Part shown: positions 17,272 to 25,400 of the stretch, one piece after another
Numbering within the stretch: the first letter of the stretch is position 1
Layout: every line of letters starts with the position of its first letter
NCBI GenBank assembly: GCA_965204875.1
Contig: OZ242020.1
Location: forward strand, 2,091,729 to 2,155,728
Direction: 5' to 3'
Origin: Candidatus Aldehydirespirator sp.
GTDB lineage: Bacteria; Actinomycetota; Acidimicrobiia; Acidimicrobiales; Aldehydirespiratoraceae
Length of the DNA stretch: 64,000 bases
The notes under the pieces: model-generated
What the model saw: the letters and a program-made list of their open reading frames with translations, nothing else
Told to the model about the DNA's origin: nothing
The model's database searches: none
Made by a program: the position numbers and the translations under genes

Positions 17272-18131
17272 TTCCGGTGCGTTCGGCGAAGGGGCTGCAT
17301 TACGAGCTGCCCGAGGTGGAGACGGTGCGGCGCGACCTCGAGCGCGACATCATCGGACGCAAGATCAAGGCGGTGGAGGCGGCCAGCATGAAGTGCCTCA
17401 GCCGCTACGAGTCCGCCGACGACTTCGCCGCGCAGATCCAGGGGTCCAAGATAACCGACGTGCGCCGGATGGGCCTGTATCTCGTGATCGGGCTCGACAA
17501 CGACTCGCTGCTGGTGCTGTCGCTCGGCATGACAGGCTCGCCCCGCCGCAACGCCAACAGGAATCCCAGACTCGACGGGACCGAGGTCGTCATCGCCTTC
17601 ACCCAGTACGGCCAGCTCCGTTTCGTGGACGCCGAGGGCACCGGCGACCTCTTCGCGATCCCCGCGGACGACCTGCACAAGACCCTTCCCGAGATCGCCA
17701 AGTACGGCCTCGACCCCGTGGCGACCCCGGTCTCGTGGACCGACATGGGCCGCCAACTCCTGCAGCGCAACTCCAAGCTGAAGGCGCTTCTCACCGATCG
17801 CACCTTCGTCGTCGGGATCGGCAACATCTACGCCGACGAGATCCTCTTCGAGGCGGGCCTGCGCTATGACCGGATCTGCAACACGCTCACCACCCAGGAG
17901 ATCCGCCGGCTGCACCGCTCCCTGGTGGGCACGATACATGAGGCCATGAAGTACCGGGGCACGTCGGTGCCGGTGCGGCCCTTCGCCGACGCCTTCGGCA
18001 ACCCCGGCAACTACGGCAGCCATCTCAAGGTGTGGGGCAGGCACGGGCAGCTCAGCGAGCGCTCCAGGCTGCCGATCAAGCGAGCCAAGTTCCGCGGCAT
18101 CTGGACCTATTACTGCGACACGCAGGTCTAG
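17268..18131 (+). CDS. mutM: Fpg/Nei-family DNA glycosylase homolog (divergent N-terminus, no zinc-finger cysteines)
   Basis: ELPEVETVRRDL and the H2TH motif VVGIGNIYADEILFEAGL are present. The start is uncertain (GTG 17265/17268 or CTG 17307). The C-terminus WGRHGQLSERSRLPIKRAKFRGIWTYYCDTQV retains only 1 of the usual 4 Cys. Confidence 0.8.
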   Translation: MIPVRSAKGLHYELPEVETVRRDLERDIIGRKIKAVEAASMKCLSRYESADDFAAQIQGSKITDVRRMGLYLVIGLDNDSLLVLSLGMTGSPRRNANRNPRLDGTEVVIAFTQYGQLRFVDAEGTGDLFAIPADDLHKTLPEIAKYGLDPVATPVSWTDMGRQLLQRNSKLKALLTDRTFVVGIGNIYADEILFEAGLRYDRICNTLTTQEIRRLHRSLVGTIHEAMKYRGTSVPVRPFADAFGNPGNYGSHLKVWGRHGQLSERSRLPIKRAKFRGIWTYYCDTQV

Positions 18132-18345
18132 AGGTTGGTTGGCATGGCTCGGGAGGCGTCTGGTCGGCTTGTGGCCGGCCGGGGGTGGTATGGTCCGTGC
18201 TTGGTTCAGGTTCGTTCGTTCGGCGGTGTTTCTGCCGGTGAGTGGGAGGTTTCGGGTTGATGTCGGGGTTCGTTCGGGGTGTCTTCAACGCTCGCGGGGG
18301 TCGGGCCGCGCCGCGGGCGGTGGCCGCCGCGCGGGCTGGTTCCGC

Positions 18346-18357
18346 GGGGGGGGGGGG
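18346..18357. repeat. G12 homopolymer 8 nt upstream of the probable start of SLH paralog 1
   Basis: Counted directly: tccgc + 12 G + ctggctgATG(18365). It lies inside the longer track ORF starting at 18242, where it encodes GGGG. Confidence 0.9.
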
Positions 18358-18364
18358 CTGGCTG

Positions 18365-21300
18365 ATGCGTGTGGCCGGTCGCCGCCGCGGCGGGGGTAAG
18401 CCTCGTTTGTTGTGGTGTGCGTTGTTGGTGGTTGGTTTGGTGGGTTCTGTTGTGGCAGCGGCGCCGGTTGGGGCTGCGCCTGTGGGCGGCAGCGGCGCGA
18501 AGGCTGATGCGTTGCCGGTGTTCTCGGCGTGTGTGGGCGACGCGACGCGTGACGCGGGGTTCGTGGACACCGAGAAGTTGGTTGCTGAGGCTGCGATCAA
18601 CTGTCTGGCGTACTACGGGATCACGCAGGGCAAGACGGCCGAGCGGTTCGATGCGGGGTCTGAGGTGACGCGTTCGCAGATGGCGTTGTTCTTGCACCGG
18701 GCCGCTGGGGTGGCGGGGGTGGATTTGACGGGCGGCTCGGGTGCCGCCGACTTCGATGACATCGCTGATTTGGACGAGGAGCGCCAGGTCGCTATAAGGG
18801 CGTTGGCTCGCGATGATATTCTGGCCGGGTCGGGTATGGTGTTCCGTCCGGGTGCGAGTATCACGCGTGCTGAGATGGCGGTGGCTCTGATCGGGTTCTT
18901 GCGCCATGCCAGCCCCGGCCTGTTCCATCAGAGCGGCGCGATGCGGGGTCAGCTGATCCTGGGTTCGGGCGGGGTGCTGGATCATTTCGCGGATGCGCGT
19001 GGCGTTGTGCCTTCAGGTGTGGACACGGCGATCTCGTATGCGTATGAGCTGGGCATAACGACGGGCAGCGCGGCGGGCGCGAGCCTGTTCTCGCCTGGTG
19101 ATCCGGTGTTGCGCAAGAATATGGCGTCGTTCATCACGCGGACGTTGGCGCACACGAAGCTGCGCCCGGCTGGTGTGACGGCGCAGGCTGATAGTGGCAT
19201 CGTGGTGGTGTCGGTGCGCGACGCGGCGTTCAGGCCGGTGTCGGGTGCGCTGGTGGATGGGTTCTATGTGGACTCGCAGCGCCGTTATAGGGCGTTTGAT
19301 CTTCGGGGCGGGTGCAACGCGATCGTGCGGAGCGTAAACCGCACGTCGACACGGTGCGCGATCGACGCGCGTGACCCGGTGACCGGTGCTGATGGTGATG
19401 TCAGGTTAGATGAGTTGAGCGCGGCGACGATTGGTCGGGGTGTGACGGTGTGGGTGTGGACCGGCGGCCGCGGCACCCGTTACAGCGGCGAGGTGGACGC
19501 GTTCGAGTTGCGCATCGCCGGGGAGGCCGGGGCTGTGACGGCACCCGCCGCGACCGCTGCTGTTCCTGCCGCCGTTGGTGGCGGCAATGGTTGGGGTTCG
19601 GCCCCGGCAACCACCACGACCACGACGACTGTGGCACCTACGACGACTACAACCACGACGGTGGCGCCCACGACCACTACGACTACGACTATGGCGACGA
19701 CTATGGCGCCCACGACCACTACGACTACGACGACTGTGGCGACTACGACTACGACGACTGTGGCGACTACGACTACGACGACTGTGGCGACTACGACTAC
19801 GACGACTGTGGTGCCTACGACGACTACGACGACTACGACTACGACGACTGTGGTGCCTACGACGACTACGACGACTACGACTACGACGACTGTGGCGACT
19901 ACGACTACGACGACTGTGGCGACTACGACTACGACGACTACGACTATGGCGCCTACGACGACTACGACTACTATGGCACCTACTACTACTACTACCACCA
20001 CGACCACGACCACGAGCACGAGCACTACGACCACAACTTCTACGACCACGACGACTACGTCGACTTTGCCGTTGGGTCAGGCGGCGGCCGAGTCGGTGAG
20101 CGTGACCGCGGTTGGTGCTGCGGTGCGTGGCACGAAGATGACCGATGGCCAGCAGACCACCTACTATTCGATGAAGTTCGGTGATTGGAGCTATTTCGAT
20201 ATTCAGCTGCTGTACACCGACGAGAGTGACGGCAACAAGGTGAAACGGGCGGCGTTCGGCAAGGACGGCACCAACCCGGTGACGTTGCAGGTGGTGCAGC
20301 GCAACACCGCTGGCGCGATCACCTCGATCACGGGCGTGCGCAGGCTTGGCCCGTCGGTTGATAACAGTGTTTGGGATCCGCTGTCGACAGGCGTGAGTGT
20401 GCGGTGCGGCAACGCGAATTGTCCGACTTTCAGTCCTGAGGTGGGTCCGGAGCTGATCACCGACAGCAGCGGCGCGGCAAGGTTTACGGTGGCGGCGCCG
20501 GCGGATCCGAACCCGGGTACGGCTGGTGATGTGATGACGTTGTTGGTGCGGGTGCATGAGGAGGTGAACGGGCCGCGGTCCAACACCAACCCGACCACCA
20601 ACCACGGGTTGCATTACTTCTATGTCAAGGTCACCGATAGCGCCCGCATTACCAGCGGGACGCCGACGACCACGACCGTGCCCTCGGGCAACGCGGCGAC
20701 GAAGTGGACGGTGAGGTCGGTGGGCGCGAGGGTTGACAAGACGTTCCCGATAGCCACGGGATCGGGCAACGCGAGCACCGGTAACACCTATGTGGACGCC
20801 GACTTCGGGGACATGGTGAACGTCGTGGTCCAGCTCAAGGACAGCAGCGACGCGGACACCACCGTCGGCGCTGATGGCAGCGGCCCTGCGAACTTCGCGG
20901 TGCATCACATTCTGGTGTACAACTATCTGGTCCAGGTCTCCCGCAGGGGTGCCAACGTGGCGTTGTTCTGGTCGGATCCCGCGGGCAACACGACTCAGAG
21001 CTTCGGAACGATGCAGGTCACGAACCGCAAGGGCTACATCACGTACCCGGCCTGGCACGCTGATCCCGAGCCTGACGGTGATGGCAACAAGGCCAGCCTC
21101 GGCCTAGCGATACGAGCCGACACCAACGCCCCGGGCGCCACCGGTAACGACGGCACCACCCGCATAGCCTTCGCCATCGTCCGCTTCTACGAACCGGCGC
21201 CCACAACCACGACCACTACAACGACGACTACTACTGTGCCTGCCAAGCCGGGCAAGCCGGCGGGGCTGAGCGTGTCGCGGCGTGCGGCGAACTCGAACGT

Positions 21301-22336
21301 CGTCGACCTGAGCTGGACGAGTCTTGGCGACGCGACCGTGACTCGCTGGGCCGTTCGGTATCACAAGCCTGGGGAAACGAACCCCAGTAGATGGCAGAAC
21401 ATAGCCAACTCGGGTGCATCGACCACATCCCACGACATCACTCCCACTGGTGGCCTCACCAGCGGCGAGTGGCGATGGCGAGTGCGAGCACGCAACACCA
21501 GCGGCTGGGGAACCCCCTCGGACTGGGCGACACTTACCATCACCCCCACCACCACGACAACCACCACCACCAGTACGACGACGACTATGGCGCCCACGAC
21601 CACTACGACTACTACTACGTCTACTACTACGACGACGACTATGGTGCCCACGACCACGACTATTGCGTCTACGACCACTACGACTACTACTACGTCTACT
21701 ACTACGACGACGACTATGGTGCCCACGACCACGACTATTGCGTCTACGACCACTACGACTACTACTACGTCTACTACTACGACGACGACTATGGTGCCCA
21801 CGACCACGACTATTGCGTCTACGACTACGACTGTTGCCCTCACCAACAAGGCGGCGAAGAGTTTCACGGTGGTGTCCATGACAACGTCAAATGGTTCGAC
21901 CACTGACAAGACCATTGGGTCTTCGGCTACGTTCCATGATGCGAAGTTCGGGGATACAGTCAGCCTGAGGATACAACTCAAAGACGAAGACGGTGCGAAT
22001 ACCCGGGTGGGTGCTGATGGCTCAAATATTGCCACGTTCAATGTTTTCAGGTGGAGTATCGTCGGAACTTGGACCTCAGTTAATAGAATTGCAGCATCTG
22101 GTCTGTTCGCCAATGGGAACTTCGTTAGAGAAATAGCTAGCATCAATCAGAACTTGACAACGGATGCGAATGGCGGCCTCACTATTTCGCTTACATTGAC
22201 TGATCCCAGCACGAGCAGCGGATCTAAGTCCAGCATCGCCTACGCTGTGAGGGCAGGGACCAACGTGCCCGGAAGCACCGGCAACGGCAGAACGACGCCA
22301 ATACGAATCGGCGTATTGCGATATTCCGAACCCTAA
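18365..22336 (+). CDS. SLH-domain surface (S-layer-like) protein, paralog 1: signal peptide, 3 SLH repeats, Ig-like modules, FN3 domain, long poly-Thr linkers
   Basis: The track ORF starts at 18242. ATG 18365 gives MRVAGRRRGGGKPRLLWCALLVVGLVGSVVAAAPVGA (signal peptide). SLH pattern three times (e.g. FDDIADLDEERQVAIRALARDDILAGSGMVFRPGASITRAEMAVAL). FN3 at about 21240-21540. Confidence 0.85.
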   Translation: MRVAGRRRGGGKPRLLWCALLVVGLVGSVVAAAPVGAAPVGGSGAKADALPVFSACVGDATRDAGFVDTEKLVAEAAINCLAYYGITQGKTAERFDAGSEVTRSQMALFLHRAAGVAGVDLTGGSGAADFDDIADLDEERQVAIRALARDDILAGSGMVFRPGASITRAEMAVALIGFLRHASPGLFHQSGAMRGQLILGSGGVLDHFADARGVVPSGVDTAISYAYELGITTGSAAGASLFSPGDPVLRKNMASFITRTLAHTKLRPAGVTAQADSGIVVVSVRDAAFRPVSGALVDGFYVDSQRRYRAFDLRGGCNAIVRSVNRTSTRCAIDARDPVTGADGDVRLDELSAATIGRGVTVWVWTGGRGTRYSGEVDAFELRIAGEAGAVTAPAATAAVPAAVGGGNGWGSAPATTTTTTTVAPTTTTTTTVAPTTTTTTTMATTMAPTTTTTTTTVATTTTTTVATTTTTTVATTTTTTVVPTTTTTTTTTTTVVPTTTTTTTTTTTVATTTTTTVATTTTTTTTMAPTTTTTTMAPTTTTTTTTTTTSTSTTTTTSTTTTTTSTLPLGQAAAESVSVTAVGAAVRGTKMTDGQQTTYYSMKFGDWSYFDIQLLYTDESDGNKVKRAAFGKDGTNPVTLQVVQRNTAGAITSITGVRRLGPSVDNSVWDPLSTGVSVRCGNANCPTFSPEVGPELITDSSGAARFTVAAPADPNPGTAGDVMTLLVRVHEEVNGPRSNTNPTTNHGLHYFYVKVTDSARITSGTPTTTTVPSGNAATKWTVRSVGARVDKTFPIATGSGNASTGNTYVDADFGDMVNVVVQLKDSSDADTTVGADGSGPANFAVHHILVYNYLVQVSRRGANVALFWSDPAGNTTQSFGTMQVTNRKGYITYPAWHADPEPDGDGNKASLGLAIRADTNAPGATGNDGTTRIAFAIVRFYEPAPTTTTTTTTTTTVPAKPGKPAGLSVSRRAANSNVVDLSWTSLGDATVTRWAVRYHKPGETNPSRWQNIANSGASTTSHDITPTGGLTSGEWRWRVRARNTSGWGTPSDWATLTITPTTTTTTTTSTTTTMAPTTTTTTTTSTTTTTTMVPTTTTIASTTTTTTTTSTTTTTTMVPTTTTIASTTTTTTTTSTTTTTTMVPTTTTIASTTTTVALTNKAAKSFTVVSMTTSNGSTTDKTIGSSATFHDAKFGDTVSLRIQLKDEDGANTRVGADGSNIATFNVFRWSIVGTWTSVNRIAASGLFANGNFVREIASINQNLTTDANGGLTISLTLTDPSTSSGSKSSIAYAVRAGTNVPGSTGNGRTTPIRIGVLRYSEP
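19609..20065 (+). repeat. Coding poly-Thr micro/minisatellite (ACN codon runs with 24-bp and 42-bp higher-order units)
   Basis: Direct reading shows repeated gcgactacgactacgacgactgtg (ATTTTTTV, 3-4 perfect copies) and gtgcctacgacgactacgacgactacgactacgacgactgtg (x2). Encodes about 150 aa that are mostly Thr. Confidence 0.9.
20063..21210 (+). repeat. 1.15-kb block nearly identical to 49399-50546 (paralog 2)
   Basis: The same offset (29336 nt) holds at both ends of the block (actttgccg at 20063/49399; ggcctagcga at 21101/50437), so the two copies are collinear without indels. Scattered substitutions; about 90% aa identity by eye. Confidence 0.9.
21596..21820 (+). repeat. Three perfect tandem copies of a 75-bp coding unit (TTTTTTTTSTTTTTTMVPTTTTIAS)
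   Basis: Units 21596-21670, 21671-21745 and 21746-21820 are identical base for base. Confidence 0.95.
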
Positions 22337-22474
22337 AGCGTCAGGGCTTGATCGCCGCCAAACCCCACCGGCCGCAAGCCCCCTCCGCGGTTCCGGCCTC
22401 GTGCTGAGGCGCCCCGCCCCGCTCGGGCTGGGATGCCTCCGGCGGGCGGGCGGCGCCGGCTAGCGTTGCGCTCC

Positions 22475-25400
22475 GTGCATCTGAAGACCCTCGCCCTAAA
22501 GGGCTTCAAGTCCTTCGCCGAGCCGTCCTCGATCCACCTCGAGCCCGGCGTCACGGCGGTGGTCGGCCCCAACGGCAGCGGCAAGTCCAACGTCGTGGAC
22601 GCCGTGGCCTGGGTGCTTGGCGCCCAGGCGCCGAGCAGCGTGCGCTCCGCGCGGATGGAGGACGTCATCTTCGCGGGCACCGACCGCAAGCAGGCGCTGG
22701 GCCGCGCCGAGGTGTCGCTGACGATCGACAACTCCGACGGGGCGCTGCCGGTGGCGCTCAGCGAGGTGCGGATCACCCGGACGCTGTTCCGCGGCGGGGA
22801 GTCGAGCTACCAGATGAACGGCAGCCCGTGCCGGCTGCTCGACATAGTCGAGCTCCTGTCGGACACGGGCGTGGGCCGCCTGCAGCACACCATCGTGTCG
22901 CAGAGCCAGATCGACTCGGTGCTCAACGCCCGCCCCGAGGAGCGCCGCGAGGTGATCGAGGAGGCCGCCGGCACGTTGAAATACCGCAAGCGCCGCGAGC
23001 GGGCCGAGCGGAGGCTGGCAGCCACCGACGGCGACCTGGTGCGGATCGGCGACCTGGTGCGCGAGGTGCGCCGCCAGCTCCGGCCGCTGCAGCGCCAGGC
23101 CGAGGCGGCCCGCCGCCACGCCGGCCTGGTGGACGAGCTGAGGACTCTGCGAATCGAGCTGGCGGCGCAGGAGATAGACGGCCTGAGGGGGCAGCTCCGA
23201 GAGCACCGCGAGCGGGCAGAGGCCCGGGCCGAGATGCAGGGCGCGTTGCGCCGCGAGCTGCAGGAACTGAACGGCTCCGCGGCGCGCAGCGAGCAGCGTC
23301 TCGCCGGGCACGGGGTGCAGGACTGGTCCGAGCAGCTGGCCCGCACCGAGGGGCTGCGCGCCCGCGCCGGCGGCCTGGCCGCGGTGGTGGGCGAGCGCCT
23401 GCGCAGCATCGAGCGCGAGCGCGCCGCGCTGGTCGACAACGATCTGGTCGCGAGCCTCTCGGCCGAGGTCGAGCACTGCCGGCAGGAGATCGACGCGGTC
23501 TCGGCGTCGCAGGCCGAGCAGGTGCAGGCCGGGCGCTCGCTGGAAGCTCTGCGGGTGGCGCTGGAGGCCGACCGCAGCGATTTTCGCGCCCGCTGGGGTG
23601 CCTGGGACGAGGAGTCGTCGCTGCCGGGGTTGAGGGCGGCCGAGGCGGCTGAGGCGCGTGGCGAGCGGGCCGCGCTCGCCTCCGCGGTCGATAGCTACGA
23701 GTCCGAGTTGGCGCGGCTCGGCGAGCGCCTCGATGCCGCCTCGGCGCGCTTGGCGAGCTTGCAGCAGTCCGCTGATCTGCGCCGCCGCGAGCTCGGCCGC
23801 TTCCGCTCCGAGGCCCAGCCGCTGCGCGCCGCCGTCGCCGCGGCGAGGAGCGCGCAGGCGGTCGCTTCCGGACGGCACGAGGCTGCGGCGGAGCGGCTCG
23901 CCGGCATCGAGGCGGATCTGCGCCATTGGACCTCACGGCGCGAGGCGCTCTGCATGGCCGCCGAGGCCCGCGACCCGCCGGTGCCCGACGCCGCCGGCGC
24001 GCCCGGGGTGCTGGGAGCGCTCAGCAGCCTGGTGGAGATCAAGCGCGGCAGCGAGGCCGCGTTCGCCGCGGCCGTGGAGGACGCCGCGAGCGCGGTGGTG
24101 GTGCGAGACGCTGCCGCGGCGCGGCGCCTGCTCGCAAGCCTGGAAGCGAGCGACGCCGCCACCGCGGTCATAGTCCTCGAGGGGGTCGCGCCCGCCGAGA
24201 GTGACACCCTGTTGCCACTAGATGCCATGCCCAGAAGTCAACTCGAGGGGGTCGCGCCCGCCGAGGATGACGCGCCGCGTCACGGCAGCGGCGCGGCCAC
24301 GGGCGGCCCGACACGGCCTGGTGACAGATCGCGCTCGGCCGGCGACGCGGGCAGCACTACCAGCGGCGCGGCCACGACCGGCTCGACACCGCTTCGCGGC
24401 CGCGTTCGATCACCTGATCCGGACGTCGAGAGGCTCTTGGACTCCCTCCTCGCCGGGGTCGTGGTCGTGGACGCGGGCTGGCGGGATGCGGTGGGACTGG
24501 CCGTGTCCGACCCCGGCCTTGTGATCGTCACCGTCGCGGGGGATCGCTTCAGCCGCCGCGGCTGGCGGCTGGGCGTGCCCGCCGCGGCCGGGGTGCGTGC
24601 CGCATTGATCGAGGCTGATGAACGGGCCTGTGCCGCGGAGGCGGCCCGCGACGGCGCCGCGGCGGAGCTCGAGCAGGCCCGCGGGGCGCTGTCTGAGCAT
24701 CAAGCTCACCTAGAGGCTCTCGGCGAGCGGTTGGCCGGAGCGGAGCGGGGGGCCGATACCGCAGCCGAGGCGCTGGAGCGCGCCGAAGCGGACCGCCGCG
24801 ATCTAGATATGGCCTCGGGCGCGGTGCGCGATCATCTCGCGGAGACCGCTCAGCGCCTGGAGCGCTCGCGCCGCCGTCTCGGTGAGATCGATGCCCGCCT
24901 GCCGGAGCTGGAGGCGGCCGAGGCCTCTGACCGCGCCCGCGCCCAGCAGGCGGCACAGGCTCGCGCCGAGATCGACCGCCGCTCTGCGGATCTGACCGCG
25001 AGAGCCTCCGCGCAGAGCATGCGCGACACCGGCCTGGCGCAGCACCGTGAGCTGCTCGAGAGGCGCCTCGCCGAGGTTGCCGGGCGGCTCGCCCGACATG
25101 AGGCGGCCAGCGCCGCGACCGAGGATCGTCTCGCCGGCCTCGAGCGCCGGCGTGTCATCCTCGAGGGTCTCAGCGACGCGCTGGCGGCTCGCACGGTCGT
25201 CCTGGACGCGGCGCTGGAGCGGCTGCGCACGCTGCGCCGGCGCCACTCCGAGCAGGCCCGACTGCTGGTGGCACAGCTCGATGACCTGCGCAGGCGCTGC
25301 GCCGCCACCGAGGCCCGCCTGGAAGAGCTGCGTGCCGCGGCGAGCGTGGACGATGTGGAGGAGGCCAGGCTGCGGACCCTGCTGCAGGGCGTGGTCGAGC

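Noticed and set aside
18242-18364. N-terminal extension of SLH paralog 1 (and the equivalent extensions 46948-47061 and 51184-51393) as real coding sequence
   Set aside because: The extensions are Arg/Gly-rich, are not conserved among the three paralogs, and precede clean Met-plus-signal-peptide starts. The starts at 47062 and 51394 have Shine-Dalgarno-like sequences, while ATG 18365 is preceded only by the G12 tract. This is kept as an open possibility only because the G12 and G9 tracts would then be in frame.
19450-20184. ORFs encoding DYDYDD..., RRLRLRRLW... and VVVVVV... repeats across the poly-Thr regions (also 21391-21906 and 15057-15371)
   Set aside because: These are the alternative frames or the complement of ACN-codon satellites. 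The Thr frame is contiguous with the flanking SLH/FN3 domains and is the real one.
20063-21210. Diversity-generating retroelement (template/variable repeat pair) as an explanation for the near-identical block shared with 49399-50546
   Set aside because: No reverse transcriptase ORF is present in the window. The block is about 1.15 kb, far longer than typical TR/VR pairs. The substitutions I read are of mixed types (G>A, T>G, G>C, etc.) rather than confined to adenines of one copy.
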